A stretch of DNA of 64,000 nucleotides from Candidatus Scatosoma sp. (GTDB lineage Bacteria > Bacillota > Clostridia > Christensenellales > Borkfalkiaceae). Under the pieces are notes generated by a model. The model did no database searches, had not been told where the DNA came from, and saw only the letters and a list, made by a program, of their open reading frames with translations. The first letter of the stretch is position 1. Each line of letters starts with the position of its first letter. The position numbers and the translations under genes were made by a program. The DNA lies in NCBI GenBank assembly GCA_045632265.1, contig JAZQWG010000003.1:2511-66510 (forward strand), read 5' to 3'. Of this stretch, positions 1 to 8,930 are shown in pieces.

Positions 1-969
1 ACCCGTACCATCGGAAAGGGTGACGTACGTATCACACGTCACGTAATACGCCTTTTCACGGAAAGCAAAAATTTCCTTACCGAAAGGATACAACGGCTCG
101 TATGCGGTAAATTCGTAATCAATACCCTTCTTCGTGGAGAGAATATCGTAGCCTTCTTCGCCGAGCACCGATCTCAAAAGCCCTTCCGCAAGCACGTATC
201 TTTCGCCGCTTTCTTGCATTTGAACTTCTACGTAATCGTAATCGGGGTGCATACAAAGCGCGACGTTAGAGGGAAGCGTCCAAGGCGTGGTCGTCCAAGC
301 GAGAATATATTTATTTTCTTCGCCAACAACCTTGAATTTTACAAACGCCGTCGTTTGCTTAACGTCTTTATAGCCTTGTGCTACTTCGTGAGAAGAAAGC
401 GCCGTTCCGCAACGGGGGCAATAGGGCACGATTTTATGTCCTTTGTACAAAAGCCCCTTCTTGTGGATTTCTTTCAAAGCCCACCATTCCGATTCGATAT
501 AGTTGTCGTGATAGGTGACGTAAGGGTTGTCCATATCGCACCAGTAGCCCACTCTATCCGACATCTTCTTCCATTCGTTAGAATATTGCCAAACGGATTG
601 TTTGCATTCCTTAATGAAAGGTTCGATACCGTAGCTTTCAATGCCCGTTTTGCTTTCCAAACCGAGTTTTTTCTCTACTTCAAGTTCTACGGGAAGACCG
701 TGCGTATCCCAACCCGCTTTTCTCAAAACGTGGTTGCCTTTCATCGTCTTATAACGGGGCACGATGTCCTTCATAACGCGCGTCAAAATGTGGCCGATAT
801 GCGGCTTACCATTTGCCGTGGGAGGGCCGTCGTAGAAGGAAAATTCTTCGCCGCCTTCCGTTTGCATCATGCTTTCTTCAAACACTTTGTTTTCATTCCA
901 GTAATCGACGATAGCTTTTTCTCTTTCGACGAAATTAAGGGATGTGTCCACTTTCTTATACATAGACAT
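1..969 (-). CDS. ileS: Isoleucyl-tRNA synthetase, N-terminal part (gene runs off the left edge)
   Basis: Absent from the ORF track because it has no stop in the window. Manual reverse translation from ATG at 969 gives [63 protein letters not shown], which includes the class I HIGH motif. It is preceded by a T-box leader with an AUC specifier. Confidence 0.85.
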   Translation of the reverse strand, partial: MSMYKKVDTSLNFVEREKAIVDYWNENKVFEESMMQTEGGEEFSFYDGPPTANGKPHIGHILTRVMKDIVPRYKTMKGNHVLRKAGWDTHGLPVELEVEKKLGLESKTGIESYGIEPFIKECKQSVWQYSNEWKKMSDRVGYWCDMDNPYVTYHDNYIESEWWALKEIHKKGLLYKGHKIVPYCPRCGTALSSHEVAQGYKDVKQTTAFVKFKVVGEENKYILAWTTTPWTLPSNVALCMHPDYDYVEVQMQESGERYVLAEGLLRSVLGEEGYDILSTKKGIDYEFTAYEPLYPFGKEIFAFREKAYYVTCDTYVTLSDGTG

Positions 970-984
970 AGTATTTTCTCCTTT

Positions 985-1250
985 TGCAAAGGTTTTTTAT
1001 GAAATAAAATAAATAAAGCCGTAGCGTCTTGGAAAAACACTACGGCCTTTTTAACCACCAAAACAAACAATCATTTGCCACACGGGATAACGGTGTGTGA
1101 AACCGTATTAAGCTACTATCCAAAAATAGAGTTCGCCTAATCAGCTGACGGGGTGATATTTTTTGCGCGCGTCTTCTTCCTTTCACCAAAACGGAATTTC
1201 TCTGTGCGACGGGTTAGCAAAAACGGTTGTCCCCTTTTAACGCCTTCTCT
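985..1250 (-). promoter_or_regulatory. T-box leader (tRNA-Ile sensing) with intrinsic terminator upstream of ileS
   Basis: The minus-strand leader has an AGAGA (GA motif) and a GGTGAAAGG distal-loop element. A candidate specifier AUC followed by A lies at plus-strand GAT 1155-1157. A T-box-like TTGGTGGTTAAAAAGGCC lies at 1044-1062, and its UGGU fits a discriminator A. The terminator stem GCCGTAGTG/CGCTACGGC (1018-1046) is followed by a U-run (1003-1016). Confidence 0.7.
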
Positions 1251-1304
1251 AAATATTTAACTGTCTTTATTATATCGAATTATTTTCTATTTGTAAAGCG
1301 ATTT

Positions 1305-2006
1305 TTACTCGTTTATCAGCAAAACTTGCTTATTCGTTCCGTAGAAAATATCCTCCCTACCCGAAAGCTTTTTGCAAATTCTTTCAAACGTTTCCCATGC
1401 GATATATTCCGCATCCATTTCGTACGAATGTCCCCAAATATAAAGGAGCGCATTTTCGTCCGTTTCAAGCGCCAAAAATTTATCCACAACTTCTTCAAAG
1501 TTGTCTTCGATATAGTACACGGACGGGTTAAAGCGGAGCAAGTTGTCTTGCTTCCCAAATCCATACGTAGACGTAATCGTTCTTGCATACTTAACGCCCG
1601 TGTTTTCACGGATAATTTCCGCCACTCTGTCGTCGTTGTTTTGCCCGCCGCAAGGGTACGCCATGCCCACCACTTCGTATCCGCAAAGCTTGGACAAAGC
1701 CTTTCTATCTTCTTCTACTTCGTGGATAATTTCTTCCTTGGAAAGTTGCGTTAAGTGGGGGTGCGTGAGCGTATGTACGGCAATTTCGTGCCCATTGTAA
1801 ATTTCCTTTACCTTTTCGGGCGCAATCTTGTCGTGGCGGATAGGCACGCCGTTTCTTTCCAGTTCCCCCGCTTTTCCAAGCAAGGCGGAGTTGAGATTGA
1901 ACGTGCCTTTCAAGCCGTATTTGTTCAAAATTTCAATCAAGCGAATATCTTGTGTGACGCCGTCGTCGAAACTGAACGTAATTGCTTTTTTCTTATTATT
2001 CCACAT
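1305..2006 (-). CDS. Polysaccharide deacetylase (NodB homology / CE4 family)
   Basis: 233-aa ORF with NodB-type motifs FSFDDG and HTLTHPH. ATG at 2006. Confidence 0.8.
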   Translation of the reverse strand: MWNNKKKAITFSFDDGVTQDIRLIEILNKYGLKGTFNLNSALLGKAGELERNGVPIRHDKIAPEKVKEIYNGHEIAVHTLTHPHLTQLSKEEIIHEVEEDRKALSKLCGYEVVGMAYPCGGQNNDDRVAEIIRENTGVKYARTITSTYGFGKQDNLLRFNPSVYYIEDNFEEVVDKFLALETDENALLYIWGHSYEMDAEYIAWETFERICKKLSGREDIFYGTNKQVLLINE

Positions 2007-2012
2007 GTTTTA

Positions 2013-3344
2013 TTACGGGGAAACGCGGTTGATATCACGGGGGAACATCGTCGCTTCACGAACGTTTTTCGCGCCAAGAAGGTGCATGGTAAGACGTTCC
2101 AAACCGATACCCAAACCACCGTGGGGAGGCGCACCGTATTTGTGGAGCATCAAGTAGGTTGCAAATTCTTCGGGGTTCATGCCGAGTTTTTCCATCTTTG
2201 CAACTTGTTCGTGGTAATCGTGCACACGTTGACCGCCCGACGTGATTTCCAAACCTCTAAACAACAAGTCGAAGGAAAGGGTGTATTCGGGATCTTCGGG
2301 ATCGTCCATCGTATAGAAAGGACGCTTCTTGGAAGGATAGTGCGTGATGAAAATGAAATCAGAATTGAATTGCTTCTTTGCGTACTTGCCAAGAAGTTGT
2401 TCTTCTTCGGGATCGAAGTCCTTCATGTCGGTGGGTTGATACTTGAACTTCTTCATGATAATCTCTTTCGCTTCCATAAATTTAAGCGTAGGGATTTCCG
2501 TAATTTCAGGCACTTCGATGTGCAACAAGTCCACTTCGTTTTTGTATTCCGTCTTAAGCAAGTTCATGATATACTTAAGCGCACCCGTTTCCATGTTCAT
2601 AATGTCTTCAAAGCTGTCGATGAAGCCCATTTCAAAGTCCATGGAAATATATTCGTTCAAGTGACGGCTCGTATCGTGGTGTTCCGCACGGAATACGGGA
2701 GCGATTTCAAATACTCGTTCATACACAGCAACGAGCGCTTGTTTGTAGAGCTGGGGCGATTGCGCAAGGTAAACTTGCTTACCAAAGTAGTCGAGTTTGA
2801 ATACGTTCGTACCACCTTCAGCGCCTGCAAAGTTGATTTTCGGAGAGCGAATTTCCGTGAAGCCTTGCTTGCTCAAAAACTCTCTAAACCCACGGGCAAT
2901 CCCTTCTTGCAATTTGAAAATTGCACGTTCTTTAGGGTTTCTCATCGTCACGGGACGATAATCAAGGTTGGTGGACAAATCGCAGTTTACTTGCTTTTTC
3001 GTGATAACCACGGGCGGGATTTCCGCGGGGTGGGATAAAAGTTCGATGTTGTGGATTTGCACTTCATAACGTTTGCTGCCGTCTTTTTGTACACCCGCAA
3101 CGATTTTACCCGTAATTTTCGCTGCACATTCTTCCTTTACGTCTTCGCTCATGCGATAGGACGAAAATTCTTCCGCATACACGCATTGAATCGTTTCTCT
3201 TGCCGTACGCAAGATGACAAACGCAAAATCGGACATCATACGGATGTTGTGAATCGTACCCTTAATGGTGACGATTTGGTTTTCGTATTTCTCAAAATCC
3301 GCATACGATACGGTGTTGTTGATAATTTCGCCCGTAATAGCCAT
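2013..3344 (-). CDS. aspS: Aspartyl-tRNA synthetase, short archaeal/type-2 form (AsnRS not fully excluded)
   Basis: 443 aa, class IIb aaRS. It has an N-terminal OB-fold region, motif 2 FRAEHHDTSRHLNEY and motif 3 GGLGIGLERL. There is no bacterial GAD-type insertion. RBS AGAGGT lies upstream of ATG 3344. Confidence 0.75.
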   Translation of the reverse strand: MAITGEIINNTVSYADFEKYENQIVTIKGTIHNIRMMSDFAFVILRTARETIQCVYAEEFSSYRMSEDVKEECAAKITGKIVAGVQKDGSKRYEVQIHNIELLSHPAEIPPVVITKKQVNCDLSTNLDYRPVTMRNPKERAIFKLQEGIARGFREFLSKQGFTEIRSPKINFAGAEGGTNVFKLDYFGKQVYLAQSPQLYKQALVAVYERVFEIAPVFRAEHHDTSRHLNEYISMDFEMGFIDSFEDIMNMETGALKYIMNLLKTEYKNEVDLLHIEVPEITEIPTLKFMEAKEIIMKKFKYQPTDMKDFDPEEEQLLGKYAKKQFNSDFIFITHYPSKKRPFYTMDDPEDPEYTLSFDLLFRGLEITSGGQRVHDYHEQVAKMEKLGMNPEEFATYLMLHKYGAPPHGGLGIGLERLTMHLLGAKNVREATMFPRDINRVSP

Positions 3345-3394
3345 AAAATTTACCTCTTTAGAAAAAATTTCTTATCTATTCTATTTTAATACGA

Positions 3395-3423
3395 TTGACA
3401 AAAAAAATCAAGAAATTTATAAT
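3395..3423 (+). promoter_or_regulatory. Sigma-70-type promoter for pdxK
   Basis: TTGACA (3395-3400), 17-nt spacer, TATAAT (3418-3423), about 48 nt upstream of the ATG. Confidence 0.6.
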
Positions 3424-3470
3424 AGATTATAATAGATTTCTTAAATTTTTATAAGGAAGGAGCGTGTTTT

Positions 3471-4283
3471 ATGCGCGTACTTGCCATCAACGACATATCT
3501 TGCGTAGGGAAATGTTCTTTAACCGTATCCCTGCCCGTCATCTCCGCTTGCGGAATTACTTGCGACGTGTTGCCCACGGCGCTTTTATCCACGCACACGG
3601 GCGGCTTTGACGGATATACTTTTTTAGATTTGACGGGCGAGTTTTCGGGCATTTTAGGGCAATGGAAATCGCTTGGTTTGCGTTTTGATTGCATTTACAG
3701 CGGCTATCTTGGCAGCGTAGCGCAAATTGATTTGGTGGCGAAAATCAAGGACGAATTTTTAACGGAAAACGGGATTTTCGTCGTTGACCCCGTCATGGGC
3801 GACGGCGGAAAATTGTACAAGGGCTTCAACGAAGAATACGTAGAAAAAATGCGTGAACTTTGCAAACAAGCACACTTTATTTTGCCCAACCTTACCGAAG
3901 CTTGTTATCTCGCCGCCCTACCCTATCCCACGACGAATATCAGCCAGCTTCTTGAAAAATTGTCGCAAGTTTGCCCCCGCCCTATCGTCACGGGCGTGCT
4001 TGAAGAAAGCGAAATTTCCGTGTGCTACTTGACGGAAAATGGCGAAGAAAAACGTTATTCTTCCCAAAACGTAGAAGGATTTTTCCACGGCGCGGGCGAC
4101 GTATTTTCCTCCGCTTTCGTAGGCGCAATGATGAAGGGAAAAACGGAAGAAAACGCCATTAAACTTGCCGCCGATTTCACAACGGCATCAATAAGACGAA
4201 GCGCAAAAGAAGTGGAAGATAAACGCTTTGGCTTGAATTTTGAAGAAGAAATTTTTGAATTTTTGAAAAATTTGAACGGCTAG
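3471..4283 (+). CDS. pdxK: Pyridoxal/pyridoxamine kinase (ribokinase fold)
   Basis: 270 aa. The N-terminus is RVLAINDISCVGKCSL and the C-terminal region carries the GAGDVFSSAF anion-hole motif typical of PdxK/PdxY-type kinases. Confidence 0.8.
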   Translation: MRVLAINDISCVGKCSLTVSLPVISACGITCDVLPTALLSTHTGGFDGYTFLDLTGEFSGILGQWKSLGLRFDCIYSGYLGSVAQIDLVAKIKDEFLTENGIFVVDPVMGDGGKLYKGFNEEYVEKMRELCKQAHFILPNLTEACYLAALPYPTTNISQLLEKLSQVCPRPIVTGVLEESEISVCYLTENGEEKRYSSQNVEGFFHGAGDVFSSAFVGAMMKGKTEENAIKLAADFTTASIRRSAKEVEDKRFGLNFEEEIFEFLKNLNG

Positions 4284-4301
4284 CTTTTTGCCTTTCAACG
4301 A

Positions 4302-4330
4302 TTGACAAAGCATAGCAAAATAAATATAAT
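4302..4330 (+). promoter_or_regulatory. Consensus sigma-70-type promoter driving a non-coding transcript
   Basis: TTGACA (4302-4307), exactly 17 nt, TATAAT (4325-4330). No ORF or RBS follows. Confidence 0.6.
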
Positions 4331-4336
4331 AGAAAT

Positions 4337-4539
4337 ACGGTCTGCGGTGTTCGGAGTTTGACATAAAACGGAACCCACGATGATTAAAAGGGAGCATGTT
4401 ATTCGTTGCGATAGACAAGGTCTGTTTTACGGAAAGTTCGAAGCGCAAAGATGCGGCACCCACCTGCGAGAAGCGGGTTCATCTTTTTGTCAAGCTGCGG
4501 CACAGGCGGATTGTTAATTTGTTTTCACAAAACCGATCC
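4337..4539 (+). ncRNA. Unclassified structured RNA (sRNA or cis-regulatory leader of the downstream membrane-protein gene)
   Basis: About 200 nt lie between a consensus promoter and an intrinsic terminator. A long closing helix can be drawn by hand: AGUUUGACAUAAA (about 4355-4368) pairs with UUUUUGUCAAGCU, and the adjacent GAACCC pairs with GGGUUC. There is an internal CGCA-AAGA-UGCG hairpin. The only ORFs here are short and unconvincing. Confidence 0.4.
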
Positions 4540-4577
4540 CCCTTCGCTCTCGCGAAGGGTTTTATTTGTCTTTTTTT
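4540..4577 (+). terminator. Rho-independent terminator
   Basis: Stem CCCTTCGC/GCGAAGGG with loop TCTC, followed by TTTTATTTGTCTTTTTTT. Confidence 0.75.
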
Positions 4578-4704
4578 GATAATTTTCGCTTTTTAACGCT
4601 CCATTTGCTTGCAAACGCAAGCCGTATGTGATAGAATGGTGATGAAAAAGTGATACAGCTTTTTTGGAAAAATATTATTGCAATACCATAAGGAGATTAA
4701 AAAA

Positions 4705-5724
4705 ATGGTCATTGAAATGTTCAACGCCTGGTATTTTTTATGGCTTGGCGCTTGTGCGGGCTTAACGGTCGGCTTGTATTTCGCCTTGCGCAAAGCAAGT
4801 CCGCGCGTACAAAAATTAGTATTTTTTTCAATTTTGGCTTTTGGGTTTTTGCTTCACTTCTTAAAAGCGTATATCCCGCCCTATTCGGTAGACGAAGCTA
4901 GAAAACTTCGCGACTCGTGGTTCGTTAACATTTGCGGCGCGAATATCGCACTTTTCCCCTTCTTCATTTGGGCAAAAAACAAGCACATTAAAGATTATAT
5001 GTTCTACGTGGGCGTATTGAGTGGTTTGATTGCATTGTTCTACCCGCAAGAACCGCTTGCAAAATCCAACCAAATGGGCGAATTTTGGGATATTGTAAGA
5101 TTCTATTATCACCATTGGCAACTTATTGCAGTTCCCCTTCTTATGGTGCTTTTGCGCTTACATACCTTATCGTATAGAAGAATTTTGAGCGCACCTATCG
5201 GCATTTTGCTTTTGATGTTGTTCATTATCTTAAACCAATTTTTCCAAGCGGAACTCGGCTTTATTCCCATCAGAGGCGCGCAAGGCTTCGACCACGTTAT
5301 GGGTACTGATTATTGGGAAGCATTCTACGACGTTAACTGGAAAAACACGTCCTATATTTACGGACCTGACCTTCCTGACGCTATCGGTAAAGTATTCTCT
5401 ATCTTCTGCCCTAAATTCTTCAAGGTAATCCCCGTAGGACCGTATGCAGGTCAAGAAAAATATTGGCCTTGGTTCTGGATGATTTTCCCCGTATTTATCC
5501 TTTTGACCCCGTTGGCGTTCGGTCTTTGCATGATTTTCGATCACAAGAATTTTGCACAAGACATGAAGAAAGTTCCTGCAAAATGGCGTAACCTTATCGC
5601 AAAAATCAAGTCTTGGAAAGGCAAGAAAAACGTGGAAACGGTTGAATGCGAAAACGTAGAAGCTTGCGAAGTTTGCGTAGCAGATGATACGAGCGAAAAC
5701 ACCAATAACGAAACGCAAAACTAA
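4705..5724 (+). CDS. Polytopic membrane protein, YwaF/TIGR02206 (TMEM164-like) family candidate
   Basis: AAGGAG lies 8-9 nt before ATG 4705, whereas the track ORF starts at 4678. It has multiple hydrophobic helices. The motif pattern WFVNICG...LFYPQ...YYHHW parallels LPFHLCN...ILPG...WYNH in the 29826-32054 protein and IPDSFCG...IYPA...LHHS in the 62306-63007 protein. Confidence 0.6.
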   Translation: MVIEMFNAWYFLWLGACAGLTVGLYFALRKASPRVQKLVFFSILAFGFLLHFLKAYIPPYSVDEARKLRDSWFVNICGANIALFPFFIWAKNKHIKDYMFYVGVLSGLIALFYPQEPLAKSNQMGEFWDIVRFYYHHWQLIAVPLLMVLLRLHTLSYRRILSAPIGILLLMLFIILNQFFQAELGFIPIRGAQGFDHVMGTDYWEAFYDVNWKNTSYIYGPDLPDAIGKVFSIFCPKFFKVIPVGPYAGQEKYWPWFWMIFPVFILLTPLAFGLCMIFDHKNFAQDMKKVPAKWRNLIAKIKSWKGKKNVETVECENVEACEVCVADDTSENTNNETQN

Positions 5725-5830
5725 ATAAAACGCATTTCCCCGCCCAAATTTGGGCGGGGAATTTTTCACAAACAAAAACCGTTGCAACGAACAAATCGAA
5801 CGCAACGGCTTTTTTATTTCTTTAATTATA

Positions 5831-7261
5831 TTAGTACGCGCGAGCGTAAACGATAACATGCTCGGCTTTCTTACCGCAAACGGCACACGTTTCCGCACTT
5901 TCGCCTTCCGCGTATACACGCGCGGTTGCGCCCGTTTCTTCTTTAATCTTGTCTTCGCAAGCACGGCAGCCGCACCAACCCGCTTTCACAAAGTTGCCTT
6001 CGTCAACACCCGCCAAAATACCTTGCATATCGTCTGCATAAACGATTCGGCTATCTCTACGCGCACGAGCCGCTTCCAACATATCCTTTTGAACGGTTTT
6101 CAAAATATCCTTTACGCTGTCCGCTGCGTTTTCCAAAGCGTATTCCGCTTTTTCACACGTATCACGTCTTGCGCAAATCATTTTGCCCGCTTCAATATCT
6201 CTCGGGCCAAGTTCGATACGGACGGGAACACCCTTCATTTCCCACTCGTTAAACTTCCAGCCGGGGCTGTTATCGGTGGCGTCAAGCGTCACGCGGATAC
6301 CCGCTTCTTCCAATTCCTTTTTCAAGTTTTCGCACGCTTCGACAACGCCGGGTTTTCTTGCAGCGATGGGCACGATTACGCATTGAATAGGCGCAACAAC
6401 GGGCGGGAATACCAAACCTCTTTCGTCGCCGTGCGTCATAATGATTGCACCGATTAAGCGGGTGGAAACGCCAAACGACGTCGTGTATGCCGTTTGCAAA
6501 CCGCCTTCCGCGCCTTGATATTCGATATTGAACGCCTTTGCAAAGTTTTGTCCCAAGTAGTGAGAAGTACCCGATTGCAAGCTTTTGCCGTCTCTCATCA
6601 TTGCTTCCATCGTGTAGGTTGCAACAGCGCCCGCAAAACGTTCTTTTTCCGTCTTTCTACCCGTAAGCACGGGGATAGCAAGACAGCTTTCCATAAATTC
6701 TTTATACAAGTTAAGCATTGCAAGCGTAAATTCTTCCGCTTCTTCCGCCGTCACGTGCGCCGTGTGACCTTCGTGCCACAAGAATTCGCTTGTACGAAGA
6801 AAAGGACGGGTGGTTTTTTCCCAACGCATAACGTTGCACCATTGATTTACCTTCAAGGGCAAATCACGATACGATTGCACCCATTTGGACATCATCGTGC
6901 CGATAATCGTTTCGGACGTGGGACGGATTGCCAAAGGTTCGGCAAGTTCTTCCCCGCCAGCGTGCGTGACAACTGCCACTTCGGGCGCAAAACCTTCAAC
7001 GTGTTCCGCTTCTTTCGTGAAATAACTCATGGGGATAAGCAAAGGGAAATATGCGTTTTGCACGCCTTGTTTTGCAAAGCGAACGTTTAATTCCTTTTGG
7101 ATATTTTCCCAAATTGCATAACCGTAAGGACGAATTACCATCGTACCTTTTACAGGACCGTAGTCAACGAGCTTCGTTTTCAATACTACGTCAGTATACC
7201 ATTGCGGGAAATCAGCGTTGATGTCCGCAATTTGTTCTACAAATTGATTTTCTTTTGCCAT
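5831..7261 (-). CDS. proS: Prolyl-tRNA synthetase, archaeal/eukaryote-like type (no INS editing insertion)
   Basis: 476 aa, class IIa. It contains FPQWYTDV, RPTSETI and a C-terminal Cys-rich tail CGCRAC...CAVCGK ending in Tyr. Confidence 0.9.
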   Translation of the reverse strand: MAKENQFVEQIADINADFPQWYTDVVLKTKLVDYGPVKGTMVIRPYGYAIWENIQKELNVRFAKQGVQNAYFPLLIPMSYFTKEAEHVEGFAPEVAVVTHAGGEELAEPLAIRPTSETIIGTMMSKWVQSYRDLPLKVNQWCNVMRWEKTTRPFLRTSEFLWHEGHTAHVTAEEAEEFTLAMLNLYKEFMESCLAIPVLTGRKTEKERFAGAVATYTMEAMMRDGKSLQSGTSHYLGQNFAKAFNIEYQGAEGGLQTAYTTSFGVSTRLIGAIIMTHGDERGLVFPPVVAPIQCVIVPIAARKPGVVEACENLKKELEEAGIRVTLDATDNSPGWKFNEWEMKGVPVRIELGPRDIEAGKMICARRDTCEKAEYALENAADSVKDILKTVQKDMLEAARARRDSRIVYADDMQGILAGVDEGNFVKAGWCGCRACEDKIKEETGATARVYAEGESAETCAVCGKKAEHVIVYARAY

Positions 7262-7339
7262 AATAACACCTCTACCCGTACTCGGGCGTTTTACACTTTT
7301 TTCATAAACTCACCCCTCCTTTTCGAGGGGTGAAAAACT

Positions 7340-8905
7340 TTATTGTTTTTTATTCTTTACAAACGTTTTGAATTTGCGAAGTTCGAACACCTTATCGCAT
7401 TTAGGGCAACGATGATAGGGCGACGTATCTCTTGCCGCCAACACTTTGCCGCATTGCGGGCAGTACACTTTATATACTCTGTTGGGGTTCATCTCAAAAT
7501 CTTCTACCGTCGTTTCCGTTTCTTCGTCCGTATCTTCCGTGGCTTGTTCTTTCGCTTCTTCAGCAGCCGTCATAGGCGAAGGCGAAGGGAGCAAGTTTGC
7601 AGGAGCGGGAGCAGGCGCCAAGGGCACAAACGGGGTTTCCATCGTGCCGTTTTGAGGGAATGCACAGAATACGGGCACGAAAATAGGTTGATAAGGTTTG
7701 CCGTCGCCGCATTCCATCATCGTATAGGGATAAGGCATTTGCGGTTGGATAGGCAAAGCGTAAGGCGCGTTTTCCTTTTCAAGTTCTTCTTCGTCAGCAA
7801 GAACGGGATCTTCGTCCGTTTCTTCTTCCACGCGTTTTTTATCTTTTGCCTTGAAAAGGCAATCGAACAAGAAACCGCCAAGTGCAATCAACGCCGCCCA
7901 AAGCATAGGCATATTCAATGCAGCGCTTTCCCCTTCTTTAAGACCGATACCGATGAACGGGAAAATCAATTCCGCCGCAAACATAATCGTAAGCGCACAA
8001 GCGAACACGGAAAAGTTCTTAATGCCCGTCGTGTGGTTGCAATTACGGCTGTATTCGGTGGAAGCCGTCGTGTGCTTAATCATAACCGTCAAGAAGATGA
8101 ACGCAAGCATTTCCACGTAAACGGGGAATGCGTTGACGTTGATGATATACATCTTGTTCTTTTCAACGATAATTTGCGTGAGCATGTTTTCAAAGCTATC
8201 CGCAAGCACGCTTGCTTTCATAAGGAAGATAAGCACGCCCGCCAAAACAGCTACTTGGACAAAGTTGCGTACGAAATAGATAAATACGCCGTGGTCACGT
8301 TTTTGTTCGATAATTTTGCCGCCCGTCGTAAACAAAGGCACGTTGCCTTCCATTGCGCCGCAAACGAAGCGAATAAGAAGGGCTACGCCAAGCACGATAG
8401 CGCCGCCAAGCGTAAGGGCGGGCGTAGAGCCAAGCGTGAGCAATGCAAACAACAAGTAGAATACTGCAACTGCCGCAAACGAGCTTGCAAAACGTCTGCC
8501 AAGCGCGTCCATTGCATACATATTGCGGTTGAAACCATTTACGTAGCTTGCCTTCTTTTTGAAAAGCCAGTTAAGCTTACCAAGCGCACGGAATACGTTG
8601 ATAAGAAGGATAAGAAGCAATACGAAATACAAGATAAATTGCAAAAGAGCAATGATGGAAGCGGGCGTTTGGAAGATTGCACCCAAACCCGTGTTCAACA
8701 AACCTCTAAGCCCGTCGTACGCCGATACGACTGCTTTTTTACCGCAGCAAAAGAGCGCCGTGCCGTTCATAAGCGGCATAAGCAACGCCGCCACGAAAAG
8801 CCCTATCGTTGCAAATAAATAGATGATACCTACCGATTTTGCACGGCTATGTACTTCGCTTACTCGTCTTTTCAAAAGCCCCGCTTTCGATTGAATACGT
8901 TTCAT
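7340..8905 (-). CDS. Uncharacterised polytopic membrane protein with acidic/Pro-rich tail and C-terminal zinc ribbon (paralogue 1)
   Basis: 521 aa. It shares the conserved blocks NWLFKKKASYVNGFNRNMYAMD and GNVPLFTTGGKIIEQKRDHGVF with the upstream neighbour. The tail is PAPAPANLLPSPSP followed by CPQCGK...CPKCDK. Confidence 0.7.
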   Translation of the reverse strand: MKRIQSKAGLLKRRVSEVHSRAKSVGIIYLFATIGLFVAALLMPLMNGTALFCCGKKAVVSAYDGLRGLLNTGLGAIFQTPASIIALLQFILYFVLLLILLINVFRALGKLNWLFKKKASYVNGFNRNMYAMDALGRRFASSFAAVAVFYLLFALLTLGSTPALTLGGAIVLGVALLIRFVCGAMEGNVPLFTTGGKIIEQKRDHGVFIYFVRNFVQVAVLAGVLIFLMKASVLADSFENMLTQIIVEKNKMYIINVNAFPVYVEMLAFIFLTVMIKHTTASTEYSRNCNHTTGIKNFSVFACALTIMFAAELIFPFIGIGLKEGESAALNMPMLWAALIALGGFLFDCLFKAKDKKRVEEETDEDPVLADEEELEKENAPYALPIQPQMPYPYTMMECGDGKPYQPIFVPVFCAFPQNGTMETPFVPLAPAPAPANLLPSPSPMTAAEEAKEQATEDTDEETETTVEDFEMNPNRVYKVYCPQCGKVLAARDTSPYHRCPKCDKVFELRKFKTFVKNKKQ

Positions 8906-8930
8906 AAACTATTCGTTCTCCTTTTCGCTT

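Noticed and set aside
214-1002. 262-aa plus-strand ORF at the left edge.
   Set aside because: It is antisense to the ileS N-terminus, which translates cleanly from ATG 969 and contains the HIGH motif. The plus-strand product has junk composition.
4337-4539. Attempts to name the structured RNA as SRP RNA, 6S RNA, a T-box, a c-di-AMP (ydaO) riboswitch or another riboswitch.
   Set aside because: GGAAAGUUCGAAGCGCAAAGAUG only loosely resembles the SRP helix-8 GGAAGGAAGCAGCC motif. The GGUGGGUGCCGC on the opposite strand only loosely resembles a T-box, and it faces the wrong way. No remembered consensus fits convincingly, so it is left unclassified pending an Infernal scan.
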